From NCBI GenBank assembly GCA_964291675.2, contig OZ219866.1:2880001-2944000 (forward strand): 64,000 bases of DNA, written 5' to 3'. This document shows positions 49,541-58,723 of this stretch, piece by piece. The notes beneath the pieces were generated by a model. That model saw only the letters and a list, made by a program, of their open reading frames with translations. It had not been told where the DNA came from and ran no database searches. A program made the translations under genes and the position numbers. Position 1 is the stretch's first letter, and every line of letters starts with the position of its first letter. The DNA is from Alphaproteobacteria bacterium. GTDB taxonomy: Bacteria; Pseudomonadota; Alphaproteobacteria; MPNO01.

Positions 49541-51176
49541 GATCCCGGCGGGCGAGGCGGTCGCGGCCTTCCTCGAATCCGCCGGGGTGGAGACCGCCTT
49601 CGGCGTGATCTCGATCCACAACATGCCGATGCTGGACGCGATCGGGCGGCGCAACCGCATCCGCTTCGTGCCGGCGCGGGGCGAGGCGGGCGCGGTCAAC
49701 ATGGCCGACGCCAATGCCCGCGTCTCCGGCCGGCTCGGCGTCGCCTTCACCAGCACCGGGACCGGCGCCGGCAATGCCTGCGGCGCCCTGGTCGAGGCGC
49801 AGACCGCGGGCACCCCGCTGCTCCATCTGACGGGTCAGATCGAGACCGCCTATCTCGACCAGGACCGCGGCTATATCCACGAGGCGCGCGACCAGCTCAC
49901 CATGCTGCGCGGCGCCTCCAAGGCGGCGCTCCGGGTGCGTTGCGCGGCCGACCTGCCGGGCGCGCTGCGCGAGGCGGCGCGCATCGCCCGCAGCGCGCCC
50001 GGCGGGCCGGTCAGCGTCGAGATCCCGGTCGACATCCAGGAAGCGTCGCTGGCGCGGCCGTCCTCGCTCGCCCCGCTCGCGCCCGACCGGCCGGAGCCCG
50101 ACGCGGCGGCGCTCGACGAGCTCGCCGATGCGCTGGCGGCGGCGCGCCGGCCGATGCTCTGGCTCGGCGGCGGCGCGGCCGGGGCGGCGTCGGAGGCGCG
50201 CGCGCTCGCCGCTCTCGGCTTCGGCGTGGTCACCAGCATCCACGGCCGCGGCACGGTCCCGGAGGGCGATCGCATGTCGCTCGGGGCGTACAACTTCCAG
50301 CCCCCGGTCGAGGCGTTCTACGCGGGCTGCGACGCGATGCTGGTGGTGGGCTCCCGGCTGCGCGGCAACGAGACGCTCAAATACCGGCTCGCTTTGCCGC
50401 GCCCGCTCTATCGCATCGACGCCGATCCCAGGGCGGACGGGCGTTCCTACGCCAACGACATCTTCGTCTGCGGCGACGCGGCCAGGGCGATGGCCGGGCT
50501 CGCCGAACGGCTGCGCGGGCGCATGGCCGTCGATCCGGCGCTGGGCGCGGATCTCGCCGCCGCGCGGCACGCCGCCGAGACCGCGCTGCGCGAGACCCTC
50601 GGCCCCTATGAGCGGTTGATGGACGATCTGCAGGCCGCCGTGCCCGACGATCTGGTCTGGGTGCGCGACATCACGCTGTCCAACAGCGCGTGGGGCAACC
50701 GCGCGCCCCGCCTTTCCGGGCCGCGCCGCGGGGTCCATGCGCTCGGCGGCGGCATCGGCCAGGGGCTGCCCATGGCGATCGGCGCCGCGCTCGCCGCGCC
50801 CGCTCGCAAGACGGTGGCGCTGGTCGGCGATGGCGGGCTCGCGCTCTCGCTCGGCGAGATTTCGACGCTCGTGCAGGAGCGCGCCCATGTCGCGCTGATC
50901 GCGATGAACGACCGCGGCTACGGCGTGATCCGCAACATCCAGGACCGCGGCTATGGCGGTCGGCACCTCTATACCGACCTCGCGTTGCCCGACCTCGCGG
51001 CGCTCGCCGGCGGGCTCGGCCTGCCGTTCCGGCGCGTGGGCGAGGTCGCCGCCATGCGCGCGGCGCTCGACTGGGCGATCGCCGCCGACGGCCCCGCGAT
51101 GGTGGAGATCGACATGACCGCGATCGGCCCGTTCGCGATACCCTTCGCCGGACCGCCGGTGCGCCGCAAGGATTAG
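49533..51176 (+). CDS. Thiamine-diphosphate-binding enzyme (acetolactate synthase-like fold)
   Basis: RGEAGAVNMAD, PGGPVSVEIPVD and GDGG…NDRGYG ThDP motif. Confidence 0.9.
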   Translation: MSEIPAGEAVAAFLESAGVETAFGVISIHNMPMLDAIGRRNRIRFVPARGEAGAVNMADANARVSGRLGVAFTSTGTGAGNACGALVEAQTAGTPLLHLTGQIETAYLDQDRGYIHEARDQLTMLRGASKAALRVRCAADLPGALREAARIARSAPGGPVSVEIPVDIQEASLARPSSLAPLAPDRPEPDAAALDELADALAAARRPMLWLGGGAAGAASEARALAALGFGVVTSIHGRGTVPEGDRMSLGAYNFQPPVEAFYAGCDAMLVVGSRLRGNETLKYRLALPRPLYRIDADPRADGRSYANDIFVCGDAARAMAGLAERLRGRMAVDPALGADLAAARHAAETALRETLGPYERLMDDLQAAVPDDLVWVRDITLSNSAWGNRAPRLSGPRRGVHALGGGIGQGLPMAIGAALAAPARKTVALVGDGGLALSLGEISTLVQERAHVALIAMNDRGYGVIRNIQDRGYGGRHLYTDLALPDLAALAGGLGLPFRRVGEVAAMRAALDWAIAADGPAMVEIDMTAIGPFAIPFAGPPVRRKD

Positions 51177-51180
51177 GCCC

Positions 51181-51978
51181 ATGCTGAACGTCGTCCTGAT
51201 CGGCCGCGGGGCCATCGCCACCGAGGTTCTCAAGCACATCCGGCCGGGCGCCGGGGCGGCGGTCACCGGCGTGCTGGTCCGCCCCGGGCGGGAGGCCGCT
51301 GCGCGCGCCGCCCTGCCGGCGACGCTGGAGGTGGCGGGCGCCATCGGCGAGCTCCCCACCGTCCCCGACCTGATCGCCGAATGCGCCGGGCACGGCGCGG
51401 TGGCGGAGTTCGGCGAGGATGCGCTGAGGCGCGGCATCGACTTCCTGGCGATCTCCATCGGCGCGCTGGCCGATGCGCCGCTGCGCGCCCGGCTGGAGGC
51501 GGCCGCCGCGGCGGGCGGCGGCAAGCTGATCCTGCCGGCGGGCGCGGTGGCCGGCGCCGATGCGCTGGCGGCGGCGCGTATCGGCGGGCTGGAGCGGGTG
51601 GTCTACACCTCGCGCAAGCCGCCGGGGGCGTGGCGCGGCACCCCGGCCGAGGCGGCGCACGATCTCGACGCGCTCGACCGCCCGACGGTGCTGTTCGAGG
51701 GCGCGGCGGACGAGGCGGCCCGGCTCTACCCGCAGAACGCGAACGTCGCCGCCACCATCGCGCTTGCCGGGGCCGGGTTCGACCGCACCGAGGTGCGGCT
51801 GGTCGCCGATCCCGGGGCCGGCGGCAACATCCACACTGTCCGCGTCGAGGGGACGTTCGGCGCCTTCGACATCGAGGTGCGCGGCAGGCCGCTCCCCGGC
51901 AACCCCAAGACCTCGACGCTCGCCGCCCACAGCGTGGTCGCCGAAATCCTGCGCCGCGCCGCCGCGGTCGAGATCTAG
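51181..51978 (+). CDS. nadX: L-aspartate dehydrogenase-like protein
   Basis: IGRGAIA, ECAGH, SRKPP, YPQNANVAAT and NPKTSTLAA. Confidence 0.9.
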   Translation: MLNVVLIGRGAIATEVLKHIRPGAGAAVTGVLVRPGREAAARAALPATLEVAGAIGELPTVPDLIAECAGHGAVAEFGEDALRRGIDFLAISIGALADAPLRARLEAAAAAGGGKLILPAGAVAGADALAAARIGGLERVVYTSRKPPGAWRGTPAEAAHDLDALDRPTVLFEGAADEAARLYPQNANVAATIALAGAGFDRTEVRLVADPGAGGNIHTVRVEGTFGAFDIEVRGRPLPGNPKTSTLAAHSVVAEILRRAAAVEI

Positions 51979-52120
51979 CCCGCCCGCCCTCGCGCCGTCG
52001 CGGCAAATCGCCGCACAGCCCGGCGGGGCGCCCCGTTCGGGGTATATACGCGCTCCGGGACGGGCGGGAATCCCTCCGGCCGCGGCCCGGCCCTCACCCG
52101 AGCGACAGGGGATATCGAGG

Positions 52121-52819
52121 ATGGATGTTCGCCGCTGTGCGGTCGCCGCCGCGACGGTCATGGCAATGGCCGCGCTCGGCAATCCCGGCATGGCCCGCGC
52201 CCGCGGCGGCGGATTCTACGTGACCGTGACCGGGCTGCTCGCGCTCCCGCGCGACTCCGAAATGTCCCAGGAGGGGGAACGCCGGCGGCTGTCCATGGCG
52301 TTCTCGATGAAACCGGGTGTCGGGGTGCTGGCCGCCGCCGGCTACCGCTTCCGCTCGGGGCTGCAGGCCGAGCTCGAGCTCGGCTATCGCCGATCCAGAT
52401 TCGGCGAGGCGACGAGAATCGAAGCCGGGCACGGCGCCGCCGCTTCGACGCTGTCAGGGAAGTTTCCCGTCGACGGAAGGCTGAACACGTTGAGCCTGAT
52501 GGCCAACGGTACCTACAGCCTCAGAATGCGCAGGTTCCGACCCTATGCCGGGCTCGGCCTGGGGCTGGCGACCCACATGGCCAAGATCGACCCGGTAACG
52601 GTGCGGAGCAACGGCGCTGCGTACACCGCGTTCGCGACCTCGGACAACGCGACGGTGTTCGCCTATCAGGCCATGGCCGGACTCGGCTATCGGGTCACGC
52701 GCAGGATGGAGATCAGGCTGGGGTACCGCTACTTCGCCACCCTGAAGCCGGATTTCGGGGACACCGGGTTGACCTACGGCGCCCACAACGTCGAAGCGGG
52801 GCTGCTCTACCGGTACTGA
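52121..52819 (+). CDS. Outer-membrane beta-barrel protein (8-stranded, OmpA/Omp25-like)
   Basis: Signal peptide; AELELGYR, PYAGLGLG, FAYQAMAG; C-terminal aromatic residue (GLLYRY). Confidence 0.85.
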   Translation: MDVRRCAVAAATVMAMAALGNPGMARARGGGFYVTVTGLLALPRDSEMSQEGERRRLSMAFSMKPGVGVLAAAGYRFRSGLQAELELGYRRSRFGEATRIEAGHGAAASTLSGKFPVDGRLNTLSLMANGTYSLRMRRFRPYAGLGLGLATHMAKIDPVTVRSNGAAYTAFATSDNATVFAYQAMAGLGYRVTRRMEIRLGYRYFATLKPDFGDTGLTYGAHNVEAGLLYRY

Positions 52820-52833
52820 CCGCGGCGGGCCGC

Positions 52834-54327
52834 TCACAGGCGGTTCACCGTCTCCCGCAGCTCGTGCTTGAGGGTCTTGCCCATCGCGTTCCTGGGCAGC
52901 GCGTCGACGAACAGGACGTCCTTGGGGTGCTTGAAGCGGGCGAGCCTGCCCTCGAAGCGGGCGAGGAAGTCCGCCGGAGGGATCGCCGCGCCCGCCGCCG
53001 GGACGACCACGGCGACCGGCACCTCGCCCCAGCGCGAATCCGCCCGGCCGACCACCGCGACGTCCTCCACATCGTCCATGCGGTGGACGAGCTGCTCGAT
53101 CTCGGCCGGGTAGATGTTCTCGCCGCCCGAGATCACGATGTCCTTCTTGCGGTCGTTGACGAACACGTCGCCGTCGGCATCGCGGTAGGCGACATCGCCG
53201 GTATGGAACCAGCCGCCCTTGATGGCGCGGCGGGTCTCTTCCCGGTTGTTCCAGTATTCGAGAAGCACGTTGCCGCCGCGGATCAGGATCTCCCCCGACT
53301 CCCCGTCCGGCAGCGGATTGCCGGCCTCGTCGGCGATCGCCATCTCGCAGTGCAACCCGCATTTCCCGGTCGAGCGCGGCTTCAGGCGGCAATCCCCCGG
53401 CTTCTGGTAGATCGCGACCGGCGCGGTCTCGGTCAGGCCATAGGTCTGGCACACCGGGATGCCGCGCGCATGGACCGCCTCGATCAGGTGCAGCGGAACG
53501 ATGGACGAACCGGTGGTCAGCAGGCGCAGGCTGGAGAGGTCCGCCTCCGCCCATCCGGGGAGGTCGATCACCGCCTGGATGGTCGCCGGCACCAGCACCG
53601 TCTGGGTCGGGCGGTCGTCCACGATCGCGCGCAGCGTCGCCGCGGCGTCGAAGCGGCGGTGCAGGATCACCGTGCCTCCGACATAGAAGGCGGGCGAGGT
53701 CAGGATGTTGAGCCCGCCGACATGGAACATCGGCAGCACCGTCAGCACCCGGTCGGTATCGGTGAGCCCGGCATAGTGGATGCAGTGATGCGCGTTGACC
53801 TGGATCGCCTCCTGGGCGAGCACCGCGCCCTTGGGACGGCCCGTGGTGCCCGAGGTGTAGACCAGCAGGCAGGGCGTCTCGCGCCCCGCCCCCGGGTTCC
53901 TGTCGTCGCCGCTCGCCGTCTCCGCGTCCCGGGCTATCCCGTCCGCTGGAACCACCGCCGCCGGGCAATCGCCGGCCGCGGCGCGCGCGAGGTCGAGATG
54001 ATCGGCGTCCGCCACCAGCACGCGCGGCGCCGAATCGCCAAGGATGTAGGCGAGCTCCGGCGCCACCAGGCGCCAGTTGAGCGGCGAGAACATCGCGCCG
54101 AGTCGCGCGCAGGCGAAGAACAGCGCCAGCATCGCCGGGCTGTTGAAGCCGAGGAAGGCGACCCGGTCGCCGGGCCGGACCCCGTGCACGCCCTTCAGCG
54201 CCCGCGCGCAGCCGCTTATGGTCTCGGCAAAGCGGGCGTAATCGATGTCCTCGCCCTCGAAGCGGATCGCGGTCTTCGACGGGGCGAACGCGGCGTTCTT
54301 CTCGACCCAGGACGACAGATCGCTCAT
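52834..54327 (-). CDS. Acyl-CoA ligase (AMP-binding)
   Basis: YTSGTTGRPKG, YGLTE, FHTGD and ISGGENIYPAEIE. Confidence 0.93.
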   Translation of the reverse strand: MSDLSSWVEKNAAFAPSKTAIRFEGEDIDYARFAETISGCARALKGVHGVRPGDRVAFLGFNSPAMLALFFACARLGAMFSPLNWRLVAPELAYILGDSAPRVLVADADHLDLARAAAGDCPAAVVPADGIARDAETASGDDRNPGAGRETPCLLVYTSGTTGRPKGAVLAQEAIQVNAHHCIHYAGLTDTDRVLTVLPMFHVGGLNILTSPAFYVGGTVILHRRFDAAATLRAIVDDRPTQTVLVPATIQAVIDLPGWAEADLSSLRLLTTGSSIVPLHLIEAVHARGIPVCQTYGLTETAPVAIYQKPGDCRLKPRSTGKCGLHCEMAIADEAGNPLPDGESGEILIRGGNVLLEYWNNREETRRAIKGGWFHTGDVAYRDADGDVFVNDRKKDIVISGGENIYPAEIEQLVHRMDDVEDVAVVGRADSRWGEVPVAVVVPAAGAAIPPADFLARFEGRLARFKHPKDVLFVDALPRNAMGKTLKHELRETVNRL

Positions 54328-55580
54328 TCGTCCTCCTCGCCGCGCTCGTACAGCGCCTCGCGGCCGAGCTTGTCGATGCAGAGCTCGGCCGTCCAGGGCA
54401 GCATCAGCGAGCCGCAGCGGCTGTCGCGGTAGAGCCGCTCCAGCGGCAGGCTTTTCAGCATCGACTGCCCGCCGCAGGTGCGGATCGCCTTCTGGCAGAG
54501 GTCGTTGGCGGTCTCCATCACCGTGTACTGGGCGCAGTAGGCGCGCAGAACGGACGCCTTGGACGGGTTGGCGCGCGCCTCGCCGAGCATCTGGAACCAC
54601 AGCGCCTTGGCCTGCTCCAGCGCGACCAGCATCTCGGCCACGGCGTGCTGCTTGGTCGGGTACATGCGCCGCTTGACCGGCGGCATCCCCGGCACCTCGC
54701 CGCGCAAATAGCGCACCGTGAAGTCGTACGCCGCCTGGGCGATCCCCATATAGCTCGGGGTGAGCGTCGTGAACATGTGCGGCCAGCGGGTCGCGGCCTC
54801 GAAATAGATCCCCTTGGGCATCAGCGCCGCGTCGTCCGGCACGAACACGTTCTCGAACAGGAGATTGCGCGAGACCGTCCCGCGCATTCCCAACGGGTCC
54901 CAGTCGCCGACCACGCTCACCCCCTCGGCCTCGGCGGGGATGGCGAAATACATCGTGTCGCGGCGGCTCAGATTCTCCCTCTTCTCGGTGCACAGCACGC
55001 CGTAATAGTCGGCCGAGCCCGCGAGCGAGGCGAAGATCTTCTTGCCGTTGATCACCCAGCCGCCGTCCACCCGGTCGGCCAGCGTGCCGAACGGGCGGAA
55101 CCCCGCCGCCGCCGCGCCGCCTTCGGAGAACGGCTGGGCGTAGATCGCGCCCTTCTCGACGATCCGGGCGTAGTGCAGCGCGCGCCGCCGGTTGTGCTCG
55201 CGCCTTTGGCTGCGGGTCATCGGCAGGTCGTCGGCGAGCGCGCCGGTCCACAGGCACGAGCTCACATGCATGTTGAAGGTGAGCGCCGTCGACCCGCAGT
55301 AGCGCCCGATCTCGGCCGCCATCAGCGAATAGGCCTTGAGGTCGGCGCCGTGCCCGCCGTGCTTCTTCGGCACGCACACCGCGAGCAGGCCGGATTTGTG
55401 GAGGTCGCGGTAATTCGCCATCGGGAAGATCGCGTCGCGGTCCCACTTCTCGGCCCGTCCCGCGAACCTGTCCTCGCCGAGGCGTCTTGCCTCGGCGCAG
55501 AGCGCGGCCGCTTCGTCGGTCAGGCCGAAATAGTCCGGGTCGAACATCGGCGCGTCGCGCCCGCCGGTGCCGGTCGCCAT
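54324..55580 (-). CDS. Acyl-CoA dehydrogenase family flavoprotein
   Basis: QPFSEG, NGKKIFAS, WDPLGMRGT and LERLYRD. Confidence 0.9.
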   Translation of the reverse strand: MATGTGGRDAPMFDPDYFGLTDEAAALCAEARRLGEDRFAGRAEKWDRDAIFPMANYRDLHKSGLLAVCVPKKHGGHGADLKAYSLMAAEIGRYCGSTALTFNMHVSSCLWTGALADDLPMTRSQRREHNRRRALHYARIVEKGAIYAQPFSEGGAAAAGFRPFGTLADRVDGGWVINGKKIFASLAGSADYYGVLCTEKRENLSRRDTMYFAIPAEAEGVSVVGDWDPLGMRGTVSRNLLFENVFVPDDAALMPKGIYFEAATRWPHMFTTLTPSYMGIAQAAYDFTVRYLRGEVPGMPPVKRRMYPTKQHAVAEMLVALEQAKALWFQMLGEARANPSKASVLRAYCAQYTVMETANDLCQKAIRTCGGQSMLKSLPLERLYRDSRCGSLMLPWTAELCIDKLGREALYERGEEDE

Positions 55581-55630
55581 GTCTCACGCCCTCCGCTTAC
55601 AGAGAAAATTGCCGCCCCGATGGATCGCGG

Positions 55631-56677
55631 TCATGCCCCGCCGTCGACCAGGCGGCCGGATTCGACCACCGGCACCCCGTCGAGGCTGACCGTGCAGTTC
55701 CGCATCGGCAGGTCGAAATGCCCGAGCGTGTGACGATCGGCGAACTCGTTGGCGCCGGTCGAGTACAGGAAGTTGCCGGCAAACGCCCGGATCTCGGTGC
55801 CGTTGAAGTCGCGCCGGTCGTACATGGTGAGCGCCTCGTAGCGCGCCGCCTCGTTCAGCCCCCAGCCGACATGCGAGGTGGCGTAGGCCTCGCGGTCGCC
55901 CCAGGCGGCCCAGTAGCGCCGGAACAGCTCGGCGTCGGTGCCCTCGCCCTCGACGGCGGTGACGTAGTCGTCCTCGATGGTGAGCCCGACCGGCGCCTCG
56001 AGATAGCGCTTGAAGGTCAGGTTGACGTCGCCGGTATCGAGCACCAGCCGGCCCTGCACCGAGCCCGCGGCGGGGAAGGCGACCACGATCCCGCCCGGCC
56101 AGTGGGCGACGGTCTTGGGACGGTCGCAATAGCCCCACACCCCGGCGCTCGGCGCCCCGTCGAGGGCGACCGTCAGGTCCGAACCGGCGTTCGAGGTCAC
56201 GCGCATCTGCTTCGCCGCGCGGACCCGCTTGACCGCCGCCTTGACGCGGTCGGTGAGCGCCGGGTCGGGCACCAGGCGCTCCAGCGCGTCGGGATGCTCG
56301 TTGCTGACCATCAGCAGCCGCGCGCCGTCGCCGATGATGTCGGGCAGCTCGGGCGCGTGCAGCATCCCTTCCACCGTGAGATCGACCACGAGGGAGCTCG
56401 CCGCCAGCGCCTTGACCGCCGGGCCGAGCCCCTGCAAGGCGGGCGATGCGCCGGTGGAACGCACCGGCACCGGCGCGGTCTGCGGCGGCGAGACGACGGT
56501 GACGTGGAACGGGCGGGCGCCGCGCCTGAGCAGCGCGAGCTCGGCGAGCTGCACGTTGAGCCGCCGCGACTGGGTCTCCGAGAGGATCGCGACTTCCTCG
56601 CCCTTCCCGACCCTGCACAGGCCGAAGACGGTATCGAACGCCGCGATCCAGCGTTCCTCGATTCGGTCGGTGAACAA
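55631..56677 (-). CDS. Peptidase M29-fold protein, NicX (2,5-dihydroxypyridine 5,6-dioxygenase)-like
   Basis: AHWPGG, SHVGWGLN, FAGNFLYSTGAN and GHFDLPMR (candidate His/His/Asp Fe ligands); TTG start. Confidence 0.75.
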   Translation of the reverse strand: MFTDRIEERWIAAFDTVFGLCRVGKGEEVAILSETQSRRLNVQLAELALLRRGARPFHVTVVSPPQTAPVPVRSTGASPALQGLGPAVKALAASSLVVDLTVEGMLHAPELPDIIGDGARLLMVSNEHPDALERLVPDPALTDRVKAAVKRVRAAKQMRVTSNAGSDLTVALDGAPSAGVWGYCDRPKTVAHWPGGIVVAFPAAGSVQGRLVLDTGDVNLTFKRYLEAPVGLTIEDDYVTAVEGEGTDAELFRRYWAAWGDREAYATSHVGWGLNEAARYEALTMYDRRDFNGTEIRAFAGNFLYSTGANEFADRHTLGHFDLPMRNCTVSLDGVPVVESGRLVDGGA

Positions 56678-56763
56678 TTGCGGTCTCCCCTAACCCTCGC
56701 CCCGCTGTTGTAGCATCCCCGGGGCGGCAATAAAGTCCCGGCGACAGAGGGGGAGAGCCTGCG

Positions 56764-58398
56764 ATGAGCCGACGCCTGACGGTCCACGATCCGCGCGGCA
56801 CGCCGCCCGGGGTCGCCGGAGAGCGGCTTGCGCCGCGGCTCCGGAGCCTCGACGGCAAGGTGGTCTATCTGGTCGATTGCCTGTTCGACAATTCCGACAG
56901 GTTCATGGGCGAGCTGCTCGACTGGTTCGGCGGCAACCTGCCCTCGGTCGATGCCAGGATCGTCAAGCCGCGCGAGAGCTGGGTCGACGATCCCGATATG
57001 CGCAAGCGGATCGAGCACGACGGCGACGGGGCGATCCTCGGGGTCGGGCTGTGAAGCACCTGCAGCCCGACGGTCGTCGGGCTCGCGCTCGACCTCGAAC
57101 GCGCCGGGGTACCCGCCGTCGCGGTCCACACCGAGGTGTTCTCGCAGCTCGTGAAATCCACGGCGCTGGCCAACGGCATGCCGACGGCGCGCCAGGCCTT
57201 CGTCCCCCAGCCGGTCGTCGACCGCACGGCGGCGCAGCTCCGCTCCTATATCGAGGGCGCGGACCCGGTCTCCGGCCGCCCCTTCCTGCGCGAGGTGATC
57301 GAAGGGCTGACCCGCCCGCTCGACGACGCCGATCTGAGCGGGCTCTCCTTCGAACGCGCCACGCCGCGCCTGCTGGAGCCCGACGGCGAGGACAACCTGC
57401 GCGCCTTGTTCGAGGAGAACCGCTGGACCGACCATTTGCCGATCGTCCTGCCGACCGAGGAGCGGGTCGAGGCGATGCTGCGCGGCACCGGCCGCAGCCC
57501 CGACGAGGTCGTGGGCACGCTCAGGCCGACCGCCTATCGCGAGGCCTGGGAATTCACCGTCGAGAAGGTCGCGGTCAACGCCGTCATGGCGGGCGCAAGG
57601 CCCGAATACCTGCCGGTCATCCTCGCGCTGGCTGCGACCGGGCAGACCGCGCGCTCGTCGAGCACCAACTCGTTTGCCGTCATCGGGGTGGTCAACGGGC
57701 CGATCCGCACGGAAATCGGCATGAATGACGGCATCGGCGCGATGGGTCCCTACAACCACGCCAACGCGACGATCGGGCGGGCCTACAACCTCGCCTCGAT
57801 CAACCTGCAAGGCGGCTCGGTCCCGGGCGACACCTATATGGGCTCGGTCGGCAACTGGTACAACTATTCCTCCACCTTCGCCGAGGCCGAGCAGCGCAGC
57901 CCGTGGCAGCCGCTCCACGTCCAGAAGGGATTTGACGCCGAAGAGAGCGCCGCGAGCGTGTTCTTCGGCGCGTGGTACACCCATGCCGGGTACGGACCGC
58001 GCGAGACATGGCAGGAGAATTTCCGGCGCTCGCTCGCCGGCTGCGAGCACCATTTCCCGCCGCTCTTCGTGATGGACCCGATCTGCGCCCGCGGCCTGGT
58101 CGAGCTCGGCTTCGACACCAAGGAGAAGATGATCGACTGGCTCGCCGACAACGCCCGCCTGCCGGCGCGCGAGTACTGGGACAACCAGTGGGTCAAGACC
58201 CTGATCCACCCGCTCGCGGTGGCCGGCGTCGAGCCCTTCGCGACCCGGCTGCGCGCCGCGCCCGAGGAGCCGATCCGCATCTTCGAGCCGTCCGACATCA
58301 ACATCGTCGTCGCCGGCGGCGAGACCCAGGGCGCGTGGAAGATGATCGCCGGGCGCTACAGCCAAGGCGGCACGGTGTCGATCGACGCCTGGCGCTGA
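56764..58398 (+). CDS. UGSC-family selenoprotein (Sec at codon 97, TGA 57052-57054), 544 aa
   Basis: ORFs 56764-57054 and 57136-58398 are in frame; readthrough gives GVGL-U-STCSPTVV…LERAGVPAVAVHTEVF; SECIS-like hairpin follows. Confidence 0.85.
57062..57086 (+). promoter_or_regulatory. Bacterial SECIS-like hairpin
   Basis: AGCCCGAC-GGTC-GTCGGGCT perfect 8-bp stem; G-initiated loop 17 nt after the TGA. Confidence 0.75.
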
Positions 58399-58474
58399 GG
58401 CCGCGCGGGAGGTCGACTCGGCGTGGAGCCCCCGGCGATCCCGCTTGACATCCTCTACGGTATGATTGTGTAAC

Positions 58475-58588
58475 TGCACTCAAATGCCCTCTGGCGTCCC
58501 GCGCACCCGTCCGGGAGCGTGGCATGTCAGGCACATAATTTTCGGAATGAGGACCGAGTGCGGGCGGTCGCCCCACTCGGTTTTTTTT
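58475..58588 (+). ncRNA. Candidate small RNA or leader (5' end uncertain)
   Basis: TTGACA at 58445, 5' hairpin (ATGCC…GGCAT), A/U-rich linker, strong terminator. Confidence 0.4.
58553..58588 (+). terminator. Rho-independent terminator
   Basis: ACCGAGTG-cGGGCGgtCGCCC-CACTCGGT followed by a T8 run. Confidence 0.85.
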
Positions 58589-58592
58589 CGGC

Positions 58593-58635
58593 ACATCAGG
58601 AACATAAGCCCCGCAGGGGACGTATCGAGGGACGC
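58593..58635. repeat. Degenerate half-copy of repeat family A
   Basis: GCCCCGCAGGGGACGTATCGAGGGAC resembles the right arm at 22866-22893. Confidence 0.45.
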
Positions 58636-58723
58636 GGCCGAGGTTGAAGGGACCGCCGCGCTTCTATCCGAACCGGACAGGCTCTAACATCGCCGGATCG
58701 GAACCGCTGGGGAGGCACAGGCG

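Noticed and set aside
58553-58588. Resemblance of ACCGAGTG…TTTT to a tracrRNA 3' end
   Set aside because: No cas genes or repeat-spacer array in the window; an ordinary terminator explains it.
58590-58723. Guanidine riboswitch upstream of the DUF1989 gene
   Set aside because: No paired ACGR-loop hairpins or ykkC consensus visible; the GGGGACG stretch belongs to repeat family A.
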